From Oopsacas minuta (lineage: Eukaryota > Animalia > Porifera), in assembly GCA_024704765.1 (NCBI GenBank), contig JAKMXF010000048.1, positions 1 to 50,933 of the forward strand: a DNA stretch of 50,933 nucleotides. Direction: 5' to 3'. Positions 12,332 through 23,699 of the stretch are shown in pieces. The notes under the pieces are model-generated. The model was not told where the DNA came from. It ran no database searches and was given only the letters and a program-made list of their open reading frames with translations. Positions within the stretch are counted from its first letter, which is position 1; each line of letters begins with the position of its first letter. A program made the translations under genes and the position numbers.

Positions 12332-13166
12332 TTTTTCTATTTTGCTAGTGTTCATAGCTTTGTTTCTTTTTTCTTTCTTCCAATATATGTATTATTCATT
12401 ATTGTTATTTCAAAATCTTATAGAGGATGCCTTTATGTTTTAATGACGCCATAAGCCCGCATTCTATTTTTCTCTTTGCGATTAACGTTAATTAGCCAAA
12501 ACTTCGATGCGATATTCACCATTATTCAGATATCATTAGTTCCTCTCCTTTAAGGAGATGCACAGTGGTGTTTTGCCAAATAACGAAGTAGGTTGTGAGT
12601 GCTCCTCATTTCAGTTAAGCTATTTCTTAGAAAACTTAGTGAAAAGGTTAGCCCCGCGCCTGCCTCCTGCCCCTAAGTACCACTCGAGATGCTTTGATGA
12701 CTAACAATTTAATATTGATTTTATATCGCCATATTTATCACATTTTTAGTGCTTGTATTACAGTCGATCTTAGTTGTGATATATTATAGGATTTGTTAGT
12801 GAATTTCAGATTAGCGAGATGTCATCTAACATAGGATCAGTTGGTTGTAGTATAACAACAATTTAATGATTACAACGATACAACCTGAATCATTACTAAA
12901 TCCATGTTTAGGATTATTTATCCTCCAGTACTCTACATGACTTTATTAAATGCATGGCCAATAAATCGGGACGTCCTGTCATAGGCAGGGCAGTTGACAA
13001 GTATACCACTGTGCGTATTGTGCAGGTAACCACTATAACGAGTTCATTGCAATGGGAATTAGGAGAGTAACGCTACCATATAACCGCTATATACACTTTA
13101 CCATTATTCTGTATATACAAAGTTTGCCATCAATTTATATCAAGTCTGACTGTCTACTGTACTATA

Positions 13167-13193
13167 CACAGTGTGGCAATATGGGGAAATAGG
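13167..13193 (+). repeat. Left TIR (RSS-like heptamer)
   Basis: CACAGTG-tggcaat-ATGGGGAAATAGG. Confidence 0.9.
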
Positions 13194-13839
13194 CATATTT
13201 TAAAAAACATATTTCAATGCATTTTTCGAATTCTCCATAGTTCAATTAGTACGAAAATATCATTGGCAGCATTAGAAGCAGTTAGGAATCCTAACTACGC
13301 ACAACTTTGTTATGTGTTTCTAATAATAGAAATATATATTTTCAAACCTCAAATTCCTATGCCCTAATGTATGTAATCATATTTGATGTAAATACTAAAT
13401 ATAAGAGTGAAAAACATCTTCTGATAATAAATCTATATTGTAACAACAATTTAATCATTGATAGGTTAGTCTAGATATTCATTTGTACTTTTTTCCGGGT
13501 GTCTAGTTTGGCCCTCCCAAAGTTATAATTTGGAATTTTTTCTCATTGATTGAAGTGTAGCATCTCTTGTTTGACAAAATTTGACAAAACGTTATTAATA
13601 TATAAGTAATGTTACTATATTTAGTCAACTATTTAATCACTTTCCAGGCTTGCCAAAAGCTGCCCAAAAATTTATCACGTCATTCATTGTCCGGACCGGA
13701 CAAAAATCCGAAAAATATATTTTTCATACGTTTTAAATTTTTTCAGTAAAATTCTATATTTTGCTGGTTATTAGTTATTCCAATACTCTACAATCATATA
13801 TCATAATGTTTCTATGTTAAAGTAGCCCTTTTGCGGATC

Positions 13840-15972
13840 ATGTCTGTACTAATCACCAACAATGAGGCATATAGTTTGTATATTTCGAATGGAAGAAGTG
13901 TTACAGTCTCTGTTAGGAAACTTATTGAGAACAACCATTTATCCGAAGAAGAAACTGCTACTCTTCATTTAAAATTTAAATCACTTCTAACATCCAGAGA
14001 GGCTTACCGCAGGAAGGATCTTGAAACATGGGATAATATGATTTTCCACTCTACTCATCTAACAATATCCAATCCAAGAAAGAGAATATCGCTTGATCCT
14101 GAAATTTCTTTAGTCACTGATTCTGAAAATCGAAACTTTTCAGAACAGATTGTAACTGAATCCCGGAAGTATATTCTCGAATGTCACATGAAGACTTCCA
14201 GATCGAGACTTGGTGTTCTTTTAGAGCATGTGGACTTTTTAGCAGAGAGAGAAAAGATTGAGCCTAAACAACTACTCGCTCTAGCTTTAGAATTAGTCTC
14301 AAATAAATCCTATGACCGTGATACTTCAGACATGTGCAGAGAAATAATTGATAAGGGATCTTTTAGCGGTGTATTGAACAAAGTACAAATCTCTAAATGT
14401 GCTTATATATTGGACAGATTAGAAATTGGGGCGAGTAAATACACGAATCTGAAAAGAATTCTCAAAGGTGATGTTAAGCTTCCTTCCTATAAACTTGTCT
14501 CGCAATATCGTAGGGAAATAAGCCTAATAAATGAAATGGAAATAGTCAGAGACCCCGAAGCATTGTCAATTGGGACTTGCGTCTCTTATCATTCCATCCT
14601 TAGTCTGACCATTCAACGCTTGCTTTCAACATTAGACCCAGTTCCTGATTCACACTACCCACTCAAAATTAAGATATCTGATGGATTGGATGGCTCCGGT
14701 TGTCATCAAACCTATAACCAACAAAGCAACAATTCTGCATTAAGCACAAAAACTTTCATTTTGTTCGGATTCAAAGTAATATCAATTACAGACACACTTG
14801 GAAATGACGTGTTCTATAACAGCTCACCCAACTCTCCGTTCTGCTTTAGGCCAGTAGCACTGATAGCTCTGAAAGAAGATTATTCTAGTGTAAAGCTTAT
14901 CATGAATACAATAGTCAATCCTCAAACAGACCATATCATACAGGATGGGTTATCTCTTATTGGAGGCCATGCACAGGTCGAGATAGTCCGTTCCCTTTTT
15001 GATACCAAGATGGCAGGATTGCTGGATGGAGCTGGTGGGGCTTCTTGTCATCTGTGTACTGCAACGGATAGCCAAATTAAAAGTTTAGAATGGGCCCATT
15101 CTGGTTTCCCTATTAACAGACTAATTAGCGACGCTCGGCAACTTTTTGAAGAGGTTGATGAAGAAGATTACTTGAAACTCCCATCAAATCAACGTGTTGG
15201 TATTACGCATCAACCAACTTCTAACATCGATATTATAGCTGCATCTCCTTTGCATGCTTACCTTTGTGTATTCAGGTGGTTCATGCTGTTGATATACCAT
15301 CTTGATGCAGGACACAAGGTATGGGCGCCATCAAACTCGAAAGTAAATTTTTCCATGAAACGGGTTCGAGCTATACTCCAGGAAAGATGTAATTTCAGTG
15401 TCGATATCCCTTCAAGCCAGGGCGGCACTTCAACCACTGGTAACATTGCGCGAGACTGCTTTTTAAATAAGAGAGACTTTTTGACGTGGGCCACTTCTTC
15501 CATTAATCCTTCAGATAAAATATCATTAGAGAAGATCCAGACAAATCTATCTGTTTTGTTAAGACTCCTCAACAGTGGTGACTTGATTAACTGTGACAAA
15601 ATGCAAGAATTGTGCAAAGAAACGTACGAATTTATTCTAATTGAGTACCCATGGGCAAGCATCACTCCATCTTTGCACAAGTTACTTGCCCATTCGTTTC
15701 AGTTAATAGGTGCTTATAATAATGGTAAGGGATTACAGAATCTCTCTGAGGAATGTTTAGAATCCTGCAATAAATTTGTAAGGCGGTATCGGGAGAATCT
15801 TGCAAGAAAAACTTCTTTCACTGATAATGTTAGAGATATTTTAGTCAGGTTGTTATGTTGTAGTGACCCCATCTTAGTACAGAATCGTTTGATGCACGCA
15901 AAGAAGAAAAGAGACGTTGCAAATAGCCTCCAAGAGATATTATATAATAGTATACTATCAGATGATTTATGA
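13840..15972 (+). CDS. RAG1-like/Transib DDE transposase (~710 aa)
   Basis: Motifs GLDGSG, LFDTKM and SEECLESCNKFVRRYRENLAR correspond to RAG1 D600, D708 and E962. CHLC and HKLLAH correspond to the ZnC2/ZnH2 ligands. Upstream KTSRSRLGVLLEHVDFLAERE..LLALALELVS resembles the RAG1 nonamer-binding/dimerisation region. No stops; first ATG at 13840. Confidence 0.9.
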   Translation: MSVLITNNEAYSLYISNGRSVTVSVRKLIENNHLSEEETATLHLKFKSLLTSREAYRRKDLETWDNMIFHSTHLTISNPRKRISLDPEISLVTDSENRNFSEQIVTESRKYILECHMKTSRSRLGVLLEHVDFLAEREKIEPKQLLALALELVSNKSYDRDTSDMCREIIDKGSFSGVLNKVQISKCAYILDRLEIGASKYTNLKRILKGDVKLPSYKLVSQYRREISLINEMEIVRDPEALSIGTCVSYHSILSLTIQRLLSTLDPVPDSHYPLKIKISDGLDGSGCHQTYNQQSNNSALSTKTFILFGFKVISITDTLGNDVFYNSSPNSPFCFRPVALIALKEDYSSVKLIMNTIVNPQTDHIIQDGLSLIGGHAQVEIVRSLFDTKMAGLLDGAGGASCHLCTATDSQIKSLEWAHSGFPINRLISDARQLFEEVDEEDYLKLPSNQRVGITHQPTSNIDIIAASPLHAYLCVFRWFMLLIYHLDAGHKVWAPSNSKVNFSMKRVRAILQERCNFSVDIPSSQGGTSTTGNIARDCFLNKRDFLTWATSSINPSDKISLEKIQTNLSVLLRLLNSGDLINCDKMQELCKETYEFILIEYPWASITPSLHKLLAHSFQLIGAYNNGKGLQNLSEECLESCNKFVRRYRENLARKTSFTDNVRDILVRLLCCSDPILVQNRLMHAKKKRDVANSLQEILYNSILSDDL

Positions 15973-16242
15973 TAATAAGTATATCCAATAGTCATACATA
16001 ATTAAGGGTCTTTAAATTGTACGTTATCAAATAGCAGAATAGAGACCATGACATGCATGTATTATCAACTTTCATAATATCCTCACTAATGAACCACAAG
16101 TGTTAAAAATTAGAAAATGTCAGTAATTACGTCATAACTAGGTTTATAGTCGTGCTACTAAATAATCATTGGTATTTTTGAAATCTACAGTGTCGATTTA
16201 GTATATGTAAGTATAATTGTGGCGATAATACAGATTCATTTA

Positions 16243-16278
16243 CCTATTTCCCCATTATGGCCATTTTGCCACACTGTG
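16243..16278 (-). repeat. Right TIR (RSS-like heptamer)
   Basis: Reverse complement reads CACAGTG-tggcaaaatggccata-ATGGGGAAATAGG. Confidence 0.9.
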
Positions 16279-17586
16279 GTGTAATGTCCTATATAGGGAT
16301 AGGTTCTCTATGCTGTCGCATATTGAATACGTGAAATACTCGGAATTCTGCTAGCTTCGATTTGAGTAAATGAGAGGTGAGTTTATGAATTAAAGAAGAA
16401 TGAGGTTTACCAGTCATTTCACCAAAAGGCATGGACTTAATTAATGGGGTATCCTTCGAATTAAAATCTTTAGATTCACTGAGAAAGACAGCTGCTTTTG
16501 AGACACAAATCAACTTCCATTTCATAATATCTCTAGTTGTTCTCATTGCAAGACCATGTGTGTAGGAAATCTCTATAGAGTTTGTACCAATATATTCGCC
16601 GATTTCAATATTTTACTTGCGCTCTGCCTTACTAGCCAATTCGGTTATATTTCATGATGCTATTTGAAATGTGATGGATATATAAGAAAGGATGCTCAGT
16701 GTATATGTTATGGGCATTATGAGAAATTGGGCATTATGCATAATGCTACTTTATTGGACAATATGCATAATTCTACTCTTATTGCATGCAGTGGAGACGC
16801 TAGCTCTCAGTGGTTGAAGGGGCTAAACGTTTAATAATAAGTTATCAAAGCAAAATACAGAAATTCATTTTAGGAACATTATGAATACTTTAGAATCAGC
16901 TGTCCATTTAACAAACCTTATACGAATTATATATTTTAATAGCTACGATATGTTTAATTGAGGAAGATAGTAATTCAATTAGGTTGAAAAATTGATGCAT
17001 AAGGAATAATTAGTAATCTCATCTATCTCATCTCCTAATTATACTAGTGGCTCTGGATTTTTCAGGTGTCGAATTCACCACGATTTTTTCATATTATTAA
17101 AGCGATCCATACTTGGGCAGATAATTATATTAGTTTCCAATTGATAGTTCTAGGCCTGTAATACTTACTATTTATTCGGATTACAGAAAATGGTGATTAT
17201 TATAAATGTGATATTATTGCAATAGCGATTATTCTAAATGAGATGTTACACAATATCGAATTTTCAAAATGTATATAAAGCAGTCAGTAATAAAGGTTTA
17301 AGATGTAAATACATTTTCAAGATCCTAGCCCTTTACTTCTCAGCTCCATCACTTTATGGGGCTGACAAAAATTTTAATGGGGCTCTAGCCGCTTCTCTAA
17401 CGCCGCCACTGATTGCATGGTGCTACTCTTAGGTGCTTCGCAATATTTTTGCGACTTGTAATTAATTCAATTAATGAAAACTGATCATAGATATAGGATA
17501 TTCTATCATGCTAGATTCCACTATATGCATTCCGGTCGGACAATCTACGTCGTAAGTGGTCCTCCTGAACCAATTCCGTCAACTTT

Positions 17587-17963
17587 ATGTGGTCTCCATT
17601 GGACCCTTTATATTTTGCCATAGATCGAGGTAATGGTGACTTTCGAAACACTAAAGCAGTTGTCGTGGCAGTCGAGCATAATGGTACCTACAAGCTAGGT
17701 ACAAAATACGGTCTATTGAGTTCGCATTACACCAGAAATCAATTCACTCCATGCCTGGGTAAATTCTTGGAGATAAATGATGTCCAAACAGGAAAAGAGA
17801 TTTCTTTGCGACAAGTATCACGCAATAAATCAGTTGGTACAGGTCAAGGTAAGTTTCATTGCTCTTGTAAGAAACATATCTTCGTACTACGTCCAAGTGT
17901 TATCATTCAAATCGACTATGTCACAGTAGGTGTCACAACAACCAAAGCTGAAGTAATAAGTAG
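17587..17963 (+). mobile_element. C-terminal remnant of a Ginger/KRBA2-like integrase-type transposase
   Basis: DRGNGDFRN..AVV..GTYKLGTKYGLL...YTRNQF..C..FL..ISLRQ..S..GQG...CSC, then after a frameshift SKCYHSNRLCHSRCH: the typical KRBA2/SCAND3-like Cys-rich tail. Confidence 0.65.
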
Positions 17964-18052
17964 AGTTGTGAAAATAGAGACTTCATAGTACTATTAGCAA
18001 AGAAAAACGTAAGCCAAGTAGCTGAGTTTTTATGGAAGAATAACTAGCCAAA

Positions 18053-18402
18053 ATTCTAGAAATAAACTTCCCATTCACTAGATAACTCAAAATACAGTGG
18101 CTAATCTGTGAAATTAGAATTCTATCTCTACATATAGCTAACGCAATTGGACCATTCGTCTTTCCTTCTCCTTCCTCATCTCCAAATTTAAACATAATCT
18201 GACCATTACAATCGAATACTTTAACACAATTATTCAAGGAATCTGCTACATAGATATCTCCTGTACAATTATCAATAGTCACTCCTTGTGGACTACTAAG
18301 ATTTCCTAGCCCCCCTCCACATTTAGAAACACTGACTATAGGTTGTATCTTGCTCTTATAGTCTACAGAGAATATTCTCTCTAAAGTATTAGCTGTAGCC
18401 AT
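18053..18402 (-). pseudogene. NHL family A copy 4, 3'-truncated after blade 2
   Basis: Identical N-terminus; homology to paralogs stops at FISRI (~18053). Confidence 0.85.
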
Positions 18403-19731
18403 TAGTTCAGTTCTGTAACTAGAATAATGAAACAATTCAAATAATATAACTTATCTATTTGACTATAAGTAATGAGCTCTAACTATAAATACAAATCAAC
18501 ACAGAGACCTATACAGAGAGATATCAAATTTATATAATTTAACGAATTCAATTATAATACAGTATATTCCGCTATGCTCTGATATTCTAATATTTAGAGA
18601 AGTTATTCAGGACTCTAGGGTCCCAGCTCAAAAGTTCATCCTAGAAGCTAAGGTCCTTAGTATCCGTCCATGAATCCAGGACCTTAAATTTACTTGTCAA
18701 ATTTAACTATATACGAGCCTTTGGCTCGTTGCTTCGCGATGAACTCGGCGCATTGCGCCTCGAGGTATTCAACAGACAAACAAAAAGGACATCAACAATT
18801 AAGTTTTAATAATAATGATGTTGTTTACAATATTCAGATTCAGCATTGAGTATTATAATATAGATATATTAAAACAATGTAATTCACAAATATGCGTATA
18901 TGGCACACATATTATTGAAATATTTTGTAAAATCAACCCTATGGATCTGTTATTATTTGAAACGGTATTAAACTAGCTAAGAACGTGGAAGTGGACTTCA
19001 TGCTAATTTTGTGTTTGAATGGACTTTTGTTTGATTAATTATTCAATTTCAACCGTCTGAACTAATTCATAATGATTTTAATAGTAAAAATCAATATTAT
19101 TAAATCACAATTGTTGTATATTTGTTTGTCCGTTGTCAGTGAAAAGATTTACACTATTCAATTTTGAAATTGTTACATAACTATGGATTTATCGTGTTTA
19201 CCCAGAAAGTAAATAGAATTCAATAAAACTTCACTAAATATATCGAACACGCTGAAAGGATTTTCAAAATTTTGGGTTAATCATATGTATATTTATTGAA
19301 TATATCGTAAAATAATTGAATTATCAAAATATTTGTAGAGACTGAGTACGCTGAATCCGAATTTCGCATTTTACGTTTTTCATATCTAAATTTTGTTGTT
19401 TTTGTGAATTTATATAGTAAATAAATATAGTTAATATATATTTATTTATTCATTTTGCAATTTGTATACTTTGTCAAATCGAGGCACAAAGTGCCGAGTT
19501 ACATGTGAACACAGATTGTTCGCAAGGCGCGCAGCGCGAGCAAACGAAGCGGCTCGTCTGGACGAGATGACATCACCAGATCGGTATGCTTTTAGCCTGT
19601 TTCATTACAAAATATCAAAATGAAATTGACCAATATTAATCTATAACTATTAATATTATGATTAAATAATCATTAATGCATATAGTATACAACCAATTTC
19701 ACATACTTTGATATCGGGATACAGACTTATC

Positions 19732-19769
19732 GTGACAGAGACTTTTAGTGACAGAGACTTTTAGTGACA
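19732..19769. repeat. 16-bp tandem repeat x2.4
   Basis: gtgacagagactttta x2 + gtgaca. Confidence 0.8.
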
Positions 19770-20029
19770 AGATAGGTATATTTATACACATGGATATAGG
19801 TAATACTTTTCTATTCAATAAGTGTTGTGGTTACAGAAACAAGAGTACAAATAACCTAAATTAAAGAATTTGAATCTTGAAAAGTAAAATGGTAAGAAAC
19901 TCCTCTTAAGAATTCAAACTTTGGTTTCAGCAAGTAATTTTGTAACAAATTTTGTAATGCCTTTTCTCTTTCTTCAATATATTTGCGTTTCGAAGGATTC
20001 CCCCACTTATATTAAACGCTTGTTTTACT

Positions 20030-20914
20030 TCAACCAACCCTTGTTCTCCATATAGAAGGATGGTGGCAGGACATGTGACAAGGAAATGAACGGTGCCATG
20101 CATTAACTACATTATTTGTTTTGGTAACCCATGCCGAACCATGAAGTGGTTGTTCCACATGTCCATTGAAAATATTGGTGAGGACATGAAGGGGGGAATT
20201 AGCGATATGCCTACCAATATAAGTAGCTTCAAAGTATATTGCCTGGTCGTAAGCTTCCACAGATAGTTGTAAGAAAAGACTATTGAAAAGTTCAAGTATG
20301 TCAGTAGAAATTGCAGACGCGAGTACAGGTAGCATTCGCACTTTTATTGCAAATTCTACATCTAGCATATATCTTTGCTGCTAGTCCTAATTGTTAATTG
20401 TTGAACTTTACGCCAGACATTTTACATAAATGAAAGAAACAGCCTTGAAGCTTTTTAGTTAGGAAGTATTGTGAAAATGCATTAATGGAGGCTATTGCAC
20501 AATCCACAATTAGATGTGTCGGGCAAGCGATTAGACATAAATCATGTACTTTGTTCCACATGTTTCCATATGTATATTCGGCCTAGTTTGCTAGCAATAC
20601 GTAGAGACATGGGAAATACGACCAGTGAATATCAGATCTGGCCCTCCTTTCATAGCATGTATCATGTACAGTTGATAAAACAAACTAGGCACGGTTTTAA
20701 AGGTGCTATCAGCTAACTAGGCAGTTGCAGATGAGAGTAAATCCACATTAGCTTGAGTTCCGAATATTACGATCCTCTGATTTCCACTTTGCGTGCCAGA
20801 ATCGTAGGGTATAATTGTTGGCCCTTTTATTTTAGTATAGCTTTCTGGTATCTCGAGATACTGTAGTGATAGTGGTTCAGGCGGAACGTTTTCGGCTATA
20901 TTTCTGTTCCTCAC
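20030..20914 (-). mobile_element. Decayed MULE (Mutator) transposase
   Basis: YDSG..RIVIFGT..LL, then (A)DSTFKTVP..YQLYMIH, FPCLYVLL, LIVD..IASINAF, QGCFFHL, YFEATYIG, TNNVVNAWH; multiple stops and frameshifts. Confidence 0.8.
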
Positions 20915-21538
20915 TATTAATCCTTCAAGCTATGTATTTTGGGTGCATGTACAGCTCGGCATTCACAAGAAATTTGGGAAAGAATCAAAGAATCAAGTGA
21001 AAATTCGAAAAATGTGTACCATTTTTTGCAAATAATTGTCTAAAATTGCAATTTATACATTTAACACATTGAAATCCTGAATGGAAATCATTCCAAAATC
21101 TCAGGAATTATCACAAAGGGTGGGTAAACATGACATGAGTACATGAGTGATTGTGAAGCAGCTTCCTGACGCGTAGCTAACTAATAAGTAAAATGGGGTA
21201 AGGTGGGCTGTATCCCTAGGTGTGGAGCAATCTACTTTCTAGAAGCTAATTCGCGAGCGCATCATAAATGTCTATGATGACACCAGGGTCAGTATAATGT
21301 ACGGAAATATGGTCAGCGAGCCTGAGGACTTACCTTCCAGAACACAAAATTAGTAAGAATGATAAATTACACATTTGTGTTAAGAGCAACAGATAATGAA
21401 TTGAATAATTAAGTGAACTAACTCGAAATCATTGGGAAGGGGCAATAATTCCAATTTCATGGGCTTAGTCCCCGTAGCTACCATAACCTCGCCACTACAA
21501 GTACTGAAGCTTGGAGCTACAAATAGACATTAACTTAC

Positions 21539-21930
21539 CATCATAAACGGTACAATCTCAACAAGATCTAACATTACAGATTTTTCCTGAGCAGATCTAG
21601 TCTGTGCTGAGCTATGCATCAGAGCTAGTTTCTCATTTGAATAATTCAGAAATTTCTCCACTACAGAATGGAATAAATCCAAACTCTGAGAACAGATAAC
21701 TCGGAATTGACAGAGGCCATCTTTAGCAGAGATAGTCTTCCCGTGATCAACACAAAGCTGACAGAATTTGATTATCACTAAACTCTGTTCATTCACTTTA
21801 TCTCTGTGACGTTTATTCCAGAGAACATCGAATAGAACTTCTATAGCATCGCCGTATTTCTCTACTTCAATGAACTCACCTGTACGCTGTATAGCAGATT
21901 CAGGTTTACCAGAAACCCAGGTTTAGACAT
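21539..21930 (-). pseudogene. EIF3A: eIF3a N-terminal exon fragment, second copy, with 1-bp deletion
   Basis: Paralogous to 3221-3613; frameshift in gggtttctgg; GTAAGT donor retained after 21539. Confidence 0.85.
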
Positions 21931-22381
21931 CTGAACTAAACTCAAGAGGTAATTACAAGTATAGTACAGTAGTCAAACTTGACATAAATTGATGGCAACC
22001 CTTGTATACATAATAGGGGCGCGTGAGCCAACTTTGTATAAGAAATAGCTTAACATTAATGAGGAGCGCTCACATCTCATTTCATTTTTGGCCAAACACT
22101 AATGTGTGTCTCCCTAAAGGACAGGAACTAATGATACCTAAAATATGTGGAATATCGTAACGAGCAATTAGAATAGCAATTTGACGTTAATCGCAAAACT
22201 AGAAATCGAGGGATAGTTCGGGCTTATAGCATCCTTTTAAAATGAAGGAATCCTCTATAAGAGGAGAAATACAACCGGGAATAATACAAAATATGAGAAG
22301 AGTATACTTTGTTCAAATGTAAAAATCAATTCAAAAGGAAACACAAACAAAGATATGAACACTAGTAAAATAGAAAAATTA

Positions 22382-23230
22382 TCAAAAAAAATTGAGATAA
22401 TGTTCACCCCAATCACAAACTACAATAACTCTTCCTCTGTTATCTACTGTAATACCGGTAGGATAACCTATAGATATCTTGTATATCAAATCAAATTGAG
22501 AGTTGAATATAGAAAGAGAGTTAGAATAATAATCTGTAATAAGAATATTGTTAGAATTGTCAATATAGAAATAATATGGACAATTCAGCTGTAATCCAAT
22601 TCCTCTAGAAATAATACTCTTATGTAGATTAAGATTATAGTTGTACAGATGAAGACAAAGATTAGATAGATCAAGAATATAAATGAATTCTTTTGTAAGT
22701 TTAACATCAAGAGGGTATTTGAGGTTTTCTTGTCCAAACTGTGTCTTGTAGGTAAGTTCCTTGGACAGTATCTGAATACGATGATTATGAGAATCACATA
22801 TGTATACCTCTCCGTTAGATTCATCAATTGTCAGACCACGAGGATAATCAAATTCCGATTCTCCTTTCCCAGGTTTCCCTATTATAGAAATAAACTTCCC
22901 ATTCACTTGATAATTCAGAATACAGTCGGTTCTTTGTGAAATAAGAATTCTATCTCTACATAAAGCTAACCCATCTGGATGATTCATCTTTCCTTCTCCT
23001 TCCTCATCTCCAAATTTAAACATAATCTTACCATTACAATCGAATACTTTCACACAATTATTCCCAGAATCTGCTACATAGATATCTCCTGTAGAAATAT
23101 CAATAGTCACTCCTCTAGGTCTTCTAAGATTTTCTAGTCCCTTTCCCCATGTACAAACACTGACTATAGGTTGTATCTTGCTCTTATAGTCTACAGAGAA
23201 TATTCTATCTAAAGTATTAGCTGTAGCCAT
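22382..23230 (-). CDS. NHL-repeat protein, family A copy 5
   Basis: Uninterrupted paralog of copies 1-3. Confidence 0.85.
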   Translation of the reverse strand: MATANTLDRIFSVDYKSKIQPIVSVCTWGKGLENLRRPRGVTIDISTGDIYVADSGNNCVKVFDCNGKIMFKFGDEEGEGKMNHPDGLALCRDRILISQRTDCILNYQVNGKFISIIGKPGKGESEFDYPRGLTIDESNGEVYICDSHNHRIQILSKELTYKTQFGQENLKYPLDVKLTKEFIYILDLSNLCLHLYNYNLNLHKSIISRGIGLQLNCPYYFYIDNSNNILITDYYSNSLSIFNSQFDLIYKISIGYPTGITVDNRGRVIVVCDWGEHYLNFF

Positions 23231-23699
23231 TAGTTCAGTTCTGTAACTAGAATAATGAAACAATTCAAATAATATAACTTATCTATTTGACTATAAGTAA
23301 TGAGCTCTAACTATAAATACAAATCAATACAGAGACCTATACAGAGAGATATCATATTTATATAATTAAAGGAATGTAAATATAATACAGTATGTTCTAC
23401 TATGCTCTGATATTCTTATATTTAATTGTCAAAGTGTATGTCAGGACAAATTAGATCCGTCGCGGAATATTTTGCCAGGCCGTACAAACTAGCATGGCCA
23501 CCGAAAAAATCAAAAGGTCTGCGGCAGTTGGTATCGATGGGCCCTCTATACAAATTATATATATTTTGTATAGCTTAGTCGTCTAATTTCGGTAATAATA
23601 GAAGGGATTGATTGAAAGTGATTGTTATTATAGTTAAATTTAGTATATAACATTACCAATTAGACATTTACTAATACCTTTCTCGCTTTCAAACGAACT

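Larger units (their letters stand above)
13167..16278 (+). mobile_element. Transib / RAG1-like DNA transposon, apparently full length (3112 bp)
   Basis: Inward-facing termini CACAGTGTGGCAA at 13167 and (reverse complement) at 16278, second shared block ATGGGGAAATAGG, single internal RAG1-like transposase ORF. Flanking 5-mers ctata / gtgta match at only 3 of 5 positions. Confidence 0.88.

Noticed and set aside
12561-13013. Inward-facing CACAGTGGT / ACCACTGTG pair as an RSS pair or Transib MITE
   Set aside because: No TSD (agatg/cgtat) and no second TIR block. The left heptamer lies inside sequence continuous with the other NHL-unit copies, where it reads cacattagtg.
11471-18402. Flanking NHL propellers as a RAG2-like partner (a ProtoRAG)
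   Set aside because: They carry NHL rather than kelch repeats, have no PHD finger, lie outside the TIRs and belong to a multi-copy family; no second ORF exists inside the element.
4082-22939. Recurrent antisense/alternate-frame ORFs over NHL genes (e.g. 4282-4521, 6835-7125, 11771-12061, 22585-22827) and over the RAG1L and ART genes
   Set aside because: Shadow ORFs, repeated only because the underlying paralogs are similar; no recognisable domains.
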